Shown: positions 27,264-34,619 of the stretch, in pieces
Layout: each line of letters opens with the position of its first letter
Position numbering within the stretch: position 1 is the stretch's first letter
DNA from: a virus
Taxonomy: Duplodnaviria; Caudoviricetes
Length of the DNA stretch: 48,919 bases
Strand: one strand, 5' to 3'
Virus record (IMG/VR): IMGVR_UViG_3300043406_000041
Location: 1-48,919 of that record
Program-made: the position numbers and the translations under genes
The notes under the pieces: model-generated
The model's database searches: none
What the model saw: the letters and a program-made list of their open reading frames with translations, nothing else
What the model was told of the DNA's origin: nothing

Positions 27264-27506
27264 ATGAACAGCGATCTCCGCACTCGCATTGAGCGCGCCG
27301 CCTCGGCCTTGGGCGTCTCGGACGCCGCCTTGAAGAAGTGGTGGCAGCGTTCTGGCGTCCCGCCGAAGTGGCGCATGCCGATCATCAACCGGCTTGTTTC
27401 GGAAGGCTGCTCTGTTGGTTGGGACGACCTTACGGCCACGGGCGCAGGCCGCGAAGGACAAACTGTCCCAGCATCGTCCGCCTCACAGGCTAGTGAGTGC
27501 GCCTGA
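27264..27506 (+). CDS. Cro-like HTH protein
   Basis: AASALGVSDAALKKWWQRSGVPPKW HTH; first gene after pR. Confidence 0.78.
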   Translation: MNSDLRTRIERAASALGVSDAALKKWWQRSGVPPKWRMPIINRLVSEGCSVGWDDLTATGAGREGQTVPASSASQASECA

Positions 27507-27733
27507 TGCAAACTTGTAACACCGCCGCAATCTTCCCGTCTGTTGTAGACCAGACGCAGCAACTGCTGGTTAGCAAGCCGCTTGTTCATTCTTCTGTTCC
27601 CCGATCGATCTGCACGAGTACCCATGTGCATGCGGCGGAACATGGACGGCAAGTTACAAATACACCAGTGGATCGGTTTAATGCTTACGCCAAACGTACT
27701 AGTCATTTCGGACTAGGCGCGGGCCATGACTGA
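27506..27733 (+). CDS. Possible hypothetical protein in an AT-richer segment
   Basis: TGATG-coupled to cro and overlapping the next start, but with atypical codon usage. Confidence 0.3.
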   Translation: MQTCNTAAIFPSVVDQTQQLLVSKPLVHSSVPRSICTSTHVHAAEHGRQVTNTPVDRFNAYAKRTSHFGLGAGHD

Positions 27734-28718
27734 TCTGGTCCGCTACGATGCCGCCTGTCGCGCCCTGGCCGAGGCCAAGTCGGTGGACGAGGTCAAGGAC
27801 ATCCGGGATCGGGCGATTGCGCTGCGGGAGTACGCGAGGCGGTCCCACAACCGGCAGATGGAGGCCGACGCTTTCGAGATCCGGCAAGACGCCACGCGCA
27901 AGCTCGGTGAGATGCTGGCCGAGCAGAAGAAAGCCGAGGGGCTGAATGAGGGCGGCAGGCCGGCAAAAACCGGTACCACTGCGGAACCGGTTTCGCCAAA
28001 GGCAAAGAAGCCCAAGATTGTCCCCGCGCCCAAGCCGGCGCCACCCACCCTCGCCGAGATCGGCATCACCAAGAAGCTCTCCTCCGACGCACAGAAGCTC
28101 GCCGCGGTGCCGGAGGAGAAGTTCAAGGCCACGGTGGCTGCGACGCGCGACAAGATCATCAACGGCCCGGTGTCTGCCGGCACCAACGCCGTCAAGTCCT
28201 TCTCGGGCGACAACGAGTACTACACACCGGCGATCTACGTGGAGGCCGCGCGGCAGGCCATGGGCGGGATCGACCTGGACCCGGCCACCTGCGCAATGGC
28301 TCAGGAGACGGTACGGGCAGGGCAGTGGTTCACTAAGGAAGATGACGGTCTTGCCAAGGAGTGGCACGGCCGCGTCTGGATGAACCCGCCGTATGCCTCC
28401 GGGCTGATCGACAGGTTCGCGCGCAAGCTGATCGAGGAGGCTGAGGGCGGCCGCGTGTCTGCCGCCGTGGTGTTGGTCGACAACCGCACCGATACTGCGT
28501 GGTTTCACACGCTGGCGCGGGCCTGCTCGCGCATTTGCTTCACTAAGGGCCGGATCAACTTCTACAGCGAGAGCACTGCCTCAAGCAGTCCGGCCAACGG
28601 CTCGGTGTTCTTCTACTTCGGTTCCGACCCAGCGCGCTTCGAAATGGCGTTCGCGCGCTTCGGCTTCGGCGGCCCGGTGTCCTTCGTGCAGGAGGTTGAG
28701 AATGCCGTCGCTGCGTGA
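27726..28718 (+). CDS. DNA N6-adenine methyltransferase (phage Dam-like) with N-terminal helical domain
   Basis: YYTP, IDLDPA, DGL..EW.GRVWMNPPY, RTDT.WF and GRI.F motifs. Confidence 0.88.
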   Translation: MTDLVRYDAACRALAEAKSVDEVKDIRDRAIALREYARRSHNRQMEADAFEIRQDATRKLGEMLAEQKKAEGLNEGGRPAKTGTTAEPVSPKAKKPKIVPAPKPAPPTLAEIGITKKLSSDAQKLAAVPEEKFKATVAATRDKIINGPVSAGTNAVKSFSGDNEYYTPAIYVEAARQAMGGIDLDPATCAMAQETVRAGQWFTKEDDGLAKEWHGRVWMNPPYASGLIDRFARKLIEEAEGGRVSAAVVLVDNRTDTAWFHTLARACSRICFTKGRINFYSESTASSSPANGSVFFYFGSDPARFEMAFARFGFGGPVSFVQEVENAVAA

Positions 28719-29196
28719 GCGGCCGGAGTTCGAGCTTGGGCGTGCTGGCGAGCAGACGGTCGCCGGTTGGCTGCAGCACAATGGCTGGTACGTCGTGCCG
28801 AGCTACGACTATGCCGGCGACGACAAGAACAAGGCCCCGCGGTTGCAAGGCCGGATCAGCGGCTATGCGATCCCCGATCTGGACGTGGCGCGCAACGGCG
28901 CCCGGTTCTGGGTCGAGGTGAAGGTCAAGAATGGTCCGACATTGCACCGCAAAAGCGGCCGACTGGAGCATGGCATCAGCAAGCGGCTATGGGAGCACTA
29001 CCGCAAGGTCGAGGAAATCACCGGAACTGCTGTTTGGATTGTCGTCGTTGAGCAAGACAGCGGCGAGATGCTGGTCGGAGCGCTGAAGACGCTCGGTGAG
29101 CCGCGAATCTACGAAGGCTGGAAGATGGGCGAAGGCGGAATGGCCTTCTGGCCGCGCGAAGCATTCCGCAAGATGACCGATAGGAGCGCCGCATGA
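28702..29196 (+). CDS. PD-(D/E)xK endonuclease
   Basis: G..GE..VA.WL...GW, IPDLDV and WVEVKVK; GGAGG RBS; overlaps the MTase end. Confidence 0.75.
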   Translation: MPSLRERPEFELGRAGEQTVAGWLQHNGWYVVPSYDYAGDDKNKAPRLQGRISGYAIPDLDVARNGARFWVEVKVKNGPTLHRKSGRLEHGISKRLWEHYRKVEEITGTAVWIVVVEQDSGEMLVGALKTLGEPRIYEGWKMGEGGMAFWPREAFRKMTDRSAA

Positions 29197-29210
29197 CGAT
29201 CCCAGCGCCG

Positions 29211-29456
29211 AGGCCCGTCTACGCACAGGTGGCGGGCCTGGGCCGTGGGTTCGGTTCTCCCACGGGCCGGCAGGGTAAGGCCGGTTGTTTGCCTGACGTT
29301 GTGATGCCTCCCTCGTTCCCATTACCGGCGGGGCTGCGGCCTCGCCGGCCTTTCCTGCCCAGCGTGATGCGTCGGCCCCGGCGGACAACGTGTTCCGGCG
29401 CATCACGCTGGGTTGGGGTTCCTCCGATCCAGCGTTGAGGCGTTTCCTCCCCCACT
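29211..29456 (+). ncRNA. Candidate structured RNA element (leader, attenuator or sRNA)
   Basis: Five consecutive hairpins, including an 18-bp stem (29358-29375/29395-29412) and a competing 13-bp stem (29406-29418/29422-29434); three CCTCC motifs. Confidence 0.45.
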
Positions 29457-29490
29457 AACCCCGGCCGGTTTCGGCTGGCCGGGGGTTTTT
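29457..29490 (+). terminator. Rho-independent terminator
   Basis: CCCCGGCCGGT-TTCG-GCTGGCCGGGG stem followed by GTTTTT. Confidence 0.8.
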
Positions 29491-29531
29491 CCGACAGGCG
29501 CTCGAACGGGCTGAGTGTGCAGGAGAATGCA

Positions 29532-29882
29532 GTGAACCTGAACAACATACGCGATCTTGACGTCAAGGTTGATCGGCTGGAAGTCGCGGCCGAGGGTCAG
29601 AAAGAGGACCTGAAGTCGATGATCGATGCCGGCTGTGCCGCTCTGCGCATTTGCAAGGATGCGTTCAAGTCGGCCCGCAAGCTGCGCAAGCTCAAGCCGG
29701 GCGACATGAAGGCGTGGCTGGACAGCTTCGACGCCTGCCGCGACGCGCTCGGCTACGATGCGCAGATCGACCTCCTCGACCAGATCGCCGAGCAGGCCGC
29801 GAACGAGAAAGCCCAGGCGGACGCCGAGAAGCCCGCCCGGAAGAGGTTCCGCAAGGGCGCCGAGCTGGCCTCGATCAACTAG
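29532..29882 (+). CDS. GapR/DUF2312-like nucleoid-associated protein
   Basis: VDRLE.....KEDLK.M......FK..RKLRK.......LD...DALG pattern resembles GapR; AGGAG RBS before GTG. Confidence 0.65.
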   Translation: MNLNNIRDLDVKVDRLEVAAEGQKEDLKSMIDAGCAALRICKDAFKSARKLRKLKPGDMKAWLDSFDACRDALGYDAQIDLLDQIAEQAANEKAQADAEKPARKRFRKGAELASIN

Positions 29883-29890
29883 GCCCGGCC

Positions 29891-30460
29891 ATGCTCATCC
29901 TTGGCGTCGACCCAGGCGTCACCGGAGCCCTCGTCCTGGTCGACGTGGCCAGCTTGCAGGTGGTCGACTGGCTCGACATGCCAATCATCGCCGCCGGCAA
30001 GACGAACATCGTGGATGGTGCCGTGCTGGGCGATTGGCTCGAGGAGCACGCAGCGCCGGTGACGCTCGTCGAGCACGTTGGTGGGTGGCACCCGCGGGCG
30101 CACGAGCCGGGGTTCACCGGCGCTGGGGCAGCACTTGCCAGACTGGCTGGAGGCATCGAGACGATGCTGTCCGCCCTATCCATGCCGTTCATGCACGTCC
30201 AAGCATCGGCCTGGAAGCGGCGCGCCGGGCTGTTGCGCAAGGACAAGAGCGCGTCGCTCGCCCTGGCCCGCGCGCGGCTCTCCTGGCCCAAGGGTGGGCT
30301 CGACCTCGCCAAGCACCACGGCCGCGCCGAGGCCGCGCTGATCGCGCTCTACGGCCGAGCCCCGGCCGCCCCCGTCAAGATCCCCAAGCGCTCCAAGGCT
30401 GTCGACCGGCGCGCGGCCGAGAACGTCCCGCCGGGCCTCCTGTTCGGAGTAGAGCCGTGA
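29891..30460 (+). CDS. RuvC-like Holliday junction resolvase
   Basis: ILGVDPG.TGA, LVEHV, WK....L..DK..S and HGRAEAALIA motifs. Confidence 0.88.
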   Translation: MLILGVDPGVTGALVLVDVASLQVVDWLDMPIIAAGKTNIVDGAVLGDWLEEHAAPVTLVEHVGGWHPRAHEPGFTGAGAALARLAGGIETMLSALSMPFMHVQASAWKRRAGLLRKDKSASLALARARLSWPKGGLDLAKHHGRAEAALIALYGRAPAAPVKIPKRSKAVDRRAAENVPPGLLFGVEP

Positions 30461-31233
30461 TCGAGCCGAGCACCCGCCTTGTCGAGCTGATCAAGGGCTT
30501 TGAGACGTTCTCGCCCACGGCCTATATCTGCCCCGGCGGCAAGCCGACCATCGGCTACGGCACGACGGCCTATCCTGACGGCAAGCCGGTCAAGATGGGC
30601 GACGCCACGATCACCCGCGAGACGGCCGAGGCGTACCTGGTCGGCGACCTGTGCGATATCCTGGCCGACGTGCGCGGGCGGATCATCTGGGATCCGCCTG
30701 ACAACGTGGTCGAGGCATGCGCGTCGCTTGCCTACAACATCGGCCAGGAAGCCTTCGCCACCAGCACCTGCCTGAAGCGCCTGAACGACGGCAAGGGCAA
30801 CGTCGATGCCGCTGCCGCCGCGCTTCAGTGGTGGAACAAAGCCACCGACCAGCGCACCGGCAAGAAGCGTATCCTCGGCGGGCTTGTGGCGCGGCGCAAG
30901 GTCGAGGCCGACCTGATGGTGAACGGATGGGACGGCACGTCGTCCGCCAGTGCCACCACGGTCAGCATCGAGGAAGTCAAGCCGACCCTCACGAAGTCGC
31001 GCACCGTCTGGAGCGTGCTGGCGACGGCGGGCTCCGGGGCCGGGCCGCTGCTGATCCTGCTGTGGCCGGAGATCCAGGCCAGGGTGGCAGGGCTGGACAC
31101 GAACGCGCTGGGCACCATGACGCCCAAGCAGCTGATGATGTCCCTGGCCGGCGTCGTCGGCGGAGCGATCCTCGCCGTGATGTTCAAGCGCCAGGACCTG
31201 CACGACGGACAGGCCGGGAGCCAGAGCCGATGA
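30457..31233 (+). CDS. GH24 lysozyme (endolysin) with C-terminal transmembrane extension
   Basis: IKGFE...AY.CPGGKPTIGYGTT, SLAYNIG, W.KA and GL..RR.VE; C-terminal KSRTVW plus two hydrophobic segments. Confidence 0.9.
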   Translation: MIEPSTRLVELIKGFETFSPTAYICPGGKPTIGYGTTAYPDGKPVKMGDATITRETAEAYLVGDLCDILADVRGRIIWDPPDNVVEACASLAYNIGQEAFATSTCLKRLNDGKGNVDAAAAALQWWNKATDQRTGKKRILGGLVARRKVEADLMVNGWDGTSSASATTVSIEEVKPTLTKSRTVWSVLATAGSGAGPLLILLWPEIQARVAGLDTNALGTMTPKQLMMSLAGVVGGAILAVMFKRQDLHDGQAGSQSR

Positions 31234-31475
31234 AAATGCTCTGGTGGCTGATCTCGAACTTCGGCGGCTACCTCCTCGGCGGCATCGCCGCGGTCGCCGG
31301 CTTCTTCACGATCAAGCAAATGGGGAAGGCCGATGCCGAGCTCAAGCGCGTGCTGGCCGACAAGGCGGCCGAAGACGCCATGGCTGCCAAGGCTGCCGAA
31401 GTGCGCCGCGACGTGCGCGATCTTGGCGCTGCTGGCCGTCGTCGGCGGTTGCAGGACAACTACACCCGCAAGTAG
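31230..31475 (+). CDS. Putative inner-membrane spanin (Rz-like)
   Basis: N-terminal TM followed by a coiled coil; ATGA-coupled to the endolysin. Confidence 0.65.
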   Translation: MKMLWWLISNFGGYLLGGIAAVAGFFTIKQMGKADAELKRVLADKAAEDAMAAKAAEVRRDVRDLGAAGRRRRLQDNYTRK

Positions 31476-31608
31476 CGCCGCCGTCTGCCGGCAGCTCGTC
31501 GTCGTGACCATCGTCCCGAGCGAGCTGGAAGCGCTCACCGACGAGACGGTGAATTTGATCCTGTCCAACAACGAGACGATCGAAGCTCTGTGCGGAGGTG
31601 ACGACTGA
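31333..31608 (+). CDS. Putative outer-membrane spanin lipoprotein (Rz1-like), overlapping the i-spanin; start uncertain
   Basis: AILALLAVVGG|C lipobox in a different frame over the i-spanin 3' end; two downstream Cys. Confidence 0.65.
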   Translation: MPSSSACWPTRRPKTPWLPRLPKCAATCAILALLAVVGGCRTTTPASSAAVCRQLVVVTIVPSELEALTDETVNLILSNNETIEALCGGDD

Positions 31609-31790
31609 TGACCGGACTCCTTGTCGTTCTGGCCTGCCTGACCGCCGACCCCTCCACCTGCGGCAAGGTCAGCATGATCGTCGAAGGGTGCAGCGCAGGC
31701 GGGCAGGCGTCCGCCGCTCAGTGGGTCGCCGAGCACCCCGAGTACTTCATCCGGGCGTGGCTGTCGTGCGAGCCGGGACAGCCGGCATGA
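31608..31790 (+). CDS. Small 4-Cys exported protein of alphaproteobacterial type
   Basis: LVVLACL..DP..C...C...GQ...AQW..EHP...I..W..C; GGAGG RBS. Confidence 0.6.
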   Translation: MTGLLVVLACLTADPSTCGKVSMIVEGCSAGGQASAAQWVAEHPEYFIRAWLSCEPGQPA

Positions 31791-32062
31791 CCCCCACCCA
31801 GCGCACGATTTTCGAGGGTTTGGTCCACCTCCACCTTCGCCGCAAGACGCTGCGGTCCGCGATCGGATGCACCGCGCTCGAGCTCGACGAAGCGCTGCGC
31901 ACGCGGCGGAACCTGAAGCAGGCGCAGGCTTGCATGGCGCGGGAGAAGGCCAGGAGAGCGCCCCGGGTCGATCCGTTCCTGGCGGCGCTGCGCAAGCTGC
32001 CACCGCCGGCCGATTGCTCCGCCCCGCTCGGCATCCCGGTCATGATCAGGATCGCGGCGTGA
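31787..32062 (+). CDS. Hypothetical protein
   Basis: ATGA-coupled ORF. Confidence 0.5.
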   Translation: MTPTQRTIFEGLVHLHLRRKTLRSAIGCTALELDEALRTRRNLKQAQACMAREKARRAPRVDPFLAALRKLPPPADCSAPLGIPVMIRIAA

Positions 32063-32373
32063 CCAGCGGCAAGACCTGCGAGCGGCCGGGGTGCCCGAAC
32101 CTCGTAGCCCGCGAGCGGTCGCGCTTCTGCTGCTGCTCGTGCTCGGCCATGGTGCGCGAGGGCGGCGGCGGAAAGGTCAAGGGGCCACGCAAGCAGGGGC
32201 CGGGCAAGGGCTCGGGGCAGGTGGAGATGGTAGCCAAGGGTGCGCTCATCTCGCCGCCGGAGATAGGTTTATGGCCGCGGCAGCCGATGCAGCTCGCGTG
32301 CGCCACCGAGCGGGAGCTGGCGCTGCTGGAGCCGCACGTCCGACAGGCGATGCTCCGGGTGGTGCGGCGGTGA
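32059..32373 (+). CDS. Hypothetical Cys-rich (Zn-finger-like) protein
   Basis: CERPGC...RFCCCSC; GTGA-coupled. Confidence 0.5.
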   Translation: MTSGKTCERPGCPNLVARERSRFCCCSCSAMVREGGGGKVKGPRKQGPGKGSGQVEMVAKGALISPPEIGLWPRQPMQLACATERELALLEPHVRQAMLRVVRR

Positions 32374-32885
32374 GCGTGCCCTACGTTCACAGCGGCTACG
32401 ATCGCCGTGCGGATGACCATTACCCGACGATCGACGGGCGTTGTGTTGAGGCTCTGCTCGATAGCTGGCCGCTCGCTGGGCCGTTGGTTGACTGCTGTGC
32501 GCCGAATGGCAGCGGCATCGTCGATTATCTCCTTGGGCGCGGCTTAGAGGCTCGCTGCGCGCCCAATGCGCATGCGCCGATCAAGTGCGGATGGATCATC
32601 ACGAACCCGCCCTACAGGCGCGGGCTTGTCGACGAGATCGCCGAAGACGTGGTGTTCCAGGTCCGCTGCGGGCTCGCCGATGGCGCAGCGATGCTCATGC
32701 GAGCGAACTGGGATATGGCGGCCTGCCGGTCCGATCTGTTCTCCGACCCACTGTATCGCGGGCAGACCCGCATGCGATTTCGCCCGTGGTGGTCAGACGA
32801 TCGCAAGGCGCAACCGATCCACAACTATGCGTGGCACGTTTGGCGTGACGGCGTGGGCGAGCCCGTCGTGAGGTATTGGCCATGA
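32370..32885 (+). CDS. Small amino (N6A/N4C) DNA methyltransferase
   Basis: R..DD.YPT, VDCCAP.G.G, IITNPPY and YAW.VW motifs. Confidence 0.8.
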   Translation: MSVPYVHSGYDRRADDHYPTIDGRCVEALLDSWPLAGPLVDCCAPNGSGIVDYLLGRGLEARCAPNAHAPIKCGWIITNPPYRRGLVDEIAEDVVFQVRCGLADGAAMLMRANWDMAACRSDLFSDPLYRGQTRMRFRPWWSDDRKAQPIHNYAWHVWRDGVGEPVVRYWP

Positions 32886-33064
32886 GCCCGCACCCCGACG
32901 ACCCCGCCATGGACCCCGACACGCTGCTGTGGGCGGTCGGGCTGATCGCGGTCGGCGTGTTCGGGTGGATCGTCGGCACCGTGCAGGACCACCCGGCAAC
33001 CACGGGCGCGGGCGGGTACGTCGTGCTCGCGGGGCTGCTCGACGTGTGGAGAAATGGGCGGTGA
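32882..33064 (+). CDS. Small two-TM protein
   Basis: 60 aa with two hydrophobic segments; coupled at both ends. Confidence 0.5.
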   Translation: MSPHPDDPAMDPDTLLWAVGLIAVGVFGWIVGTVQDHPATTGAGGYVVLAGLLDVWRNGR

Positions 33065-34074
33065 GAGTCCTCGACCTGTTCAGCGGCATTGGCGGCTTTT
33101 CGCTCGGCCTGGAGCGGGCGGGCATGACGACGGTCGCGTTCTGCGAGATCGAGCCGTTTTGCCGGTTGGTATTGGCCGAGCGCTGGCCGGAGGTCCGATG
33201 CTATGACGACGTGCGCAGCATTACTGCTGAACGGCTCCGCGCAGATGGCGTTGTTCCCGATGTTATCTGCGGAGGCTTCCCCTGCCAGGATATTAGCTTG
33301 GCCGGCAAAGGGGCGGGACTGTCGGGAGCCAGGTCAGGGCTGTTCTACGAAGTCGTCAGGCTCATTGGCGAAATCCGCCCGCGCTGGGTCTTCCTCGAAA
33401 ACGTCTCCGCCCTTCGCTCTCGCGGACTGGAAGCGGTTCTCGGGGAACTCTCTTCGCTCGGGTATGATGCTCAGTGGCACTGTGTACCCGCTTCCGCCGT
33501 TGGCGCTCCTCACCGACGCGACCGGATCTGGATCGTCGCTGCCGACGCCGACCGCCAAGGCCAACATGATGGCGCCTTCGATGCAGAAGCGGGCGGTGCA
33601 CCGGAACCTCTGGCCGACGTCGACCAGCACTCTCGGGACGAACGGCGGGCTGGTGACGCCGACGAAAGCGCGCGAGGGCGGGACGCTGATCGAGGCGGTA
33701 TCGGCTCGGACACAGTGGCCGACGCCTTGCGGGGGCGACCACAAGGGGCCGAACCCGCTGGATCGCCGGCCGGTGTGCGACGACGATCTGCCGACGCGGG
33801 TGAAGCGGGAGCAATGGCCGACACCGTCGGCGCGCGACTGGCGTTCTGGGAAGGCTACGGACGCGATTTACAACGCGCGCTCGCGGCCACTCAGCGAAGT
33901 CATCGAGCGCACGGCTGGTGGTCCCTTGAGCCCCCTGTGGGTCGAGTGGCTCATGGGCATCAATCTCGGCTGGACCGACGTATCCGTGTCGCCAGACTTC
34001 GCGCTCTCGGTAATGCCGTCGTCCCTCAAATCCCGGAAATCTTCGGCCGCGCCATGATGAGCGCCGCAGCATGA
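33061..34074 (+). CDS. DNA cytosine-5 methyltransferase, alpha polypeptide (motifs I-VIII and X)
   Basis: LDLFSGIGG (I), GGFPCQD (IV), LENV (VI), PHRRDRIWIV (VIII) and LRALGNAVVP (X); motif IX is absent in this frame. Confidence 0.92.
   Translation: MRVLDLFSGIGGFSLGLERAGMTTVAFCEIEPFCRLVLAERWPEVRCYDDVRSITAERLRADGVVPDVICGGFPCQDISLAGKGAGLSGARSGLFYEVVRLIGEIRPRWVFLENVSALRSRGLEAVLGELSSLGYDAQWHCVPASAVGAPHRRDRIWIVAADADRQGQHDGAFDAEAGGAPEPLADVDQHSRDERRAGDADESARGRDADRGGIGSDTVADALRGRPQGAEPAGSPAGVRRRSADAGEAGAMADTVGARLAFWEGYGRDLQRALAATQRSHRAHGWWSLEPPVGRVAHGHQSRLDRRIRVARLRALGNAVVPQIPEIFGRAMMSAAA
33203..34057 (+). CDS. C5 methyltransferase beta polypeptide (TRD-like WPTP repeats and motif IX), nested in the +1 frame
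   Basis: 284-aa frame entirely within alpha; GGAGGT RBS at 33189-33194; (L/W)PT(P/S) repeats; LSPLWVEWLMG...GWT (motif IX). Confidence 0.8.
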   Translation: MTTCAALLLNGSAQMALFPMLSAEASPARILAWPAKGRDCREPGQGCSTKSSGSLAKSARAGSSSKTSPPFALADWKRFSGNSLRSGMMLSGTVYPLPPLALLTDATGSGSSLPTPTAKANMMAPSMQKRAVHRNLWPTSTSTLGTNGGLVTPTKAREGGTLIEAVSARTQWPTPCGGDHKGPNPLDRRPVCDDDLPTRVKREQWPTPSARDWRSGKATDAIYNARSRPLSEVIERTAGGPLSPLWVEWLMGINLGWTDVSVSPDFALSVMPSSLKSRKSSAAP

Positions 34075-34217
34075 CCGGCCTCCTCTACCTCGCCGGCCTC
34101 GTGCTGCTGACCCTCGCCGCCGTCGCGTGGTCGCGCGGCGAGTGGGCGTCGCTGCCGGGGCTGTTCGTCGGCGCGATCTTCGTCGGCGTCGCCATGCTGC
34201 ACTGGTGGGCACGGTGA
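34071..34217 (+). CDS. Small two-TM protein (holin candidate)
   Basis: MTGLLYLAGLVLLTLAAVAWSRGEWASLPGLFVGAIFVGVAMLHWWAR; coupled at both ends. Confidence 0.5.
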   Translation: MTGLLYLAGLVLLTLAAVAWSRGEWASLPGLFVGAIFVGVAMLHWWAR

Positions 34218-34450
34218 AGCTCAGCCGCTGGTCCGTGCCCAGCATCCCGCAGGTCAAAGCCCTCCAGCGCATCGTCGAGCACGGCCCGATGACCCGCGCC
34301 GAAGCCCGCGACCTCATCAACCCGATCACCAGGAAGGCACTCGACGCGCACCGCATGATCGACCTCTATGAGCACCCCGAGCTGGGGCCAGTGTGGGAGA
34401 TCACCAGGCGCGGGCTCAGGGCCCTCGAGCTCGCCGAGGGCGGGGGATGA
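34214..34450 (+). CDS. Small winged-helix-like protein
   Basis: HGPMTRAE...WEITRRGLRAL pattern; GTGA-coupled. Confidence 0.5.
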   Translation: MKLSRWSVPSIPQVKALQRIVEHGPMTRAEARDLINPITRKALDAHRMIDLYEHPELGPVWEITRRGLRALELAEGGG

Positions 34451-34619
34451 GCGCCGTGCGCCTCGTCGAGCCGGTCCTGCTGATGGCCACCGTGCGCCGG
34501 CAAGGCTTTGTCCCGGCAGCACAGCCTGCTATGTTGCGCGATGCGTCGAGAGGCGCCGCGACAGGGGTGCTGGAAACACCCGCTGCCGCGACTTGCTCAC
34601 CCGTACTGGCGGATGAACC

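Noticed and set aside
26876-27706. 276-aa version of the repressor ORF
   Set aside because: The extension would span the operators and cro; the HTH begins right after ATG 27145.
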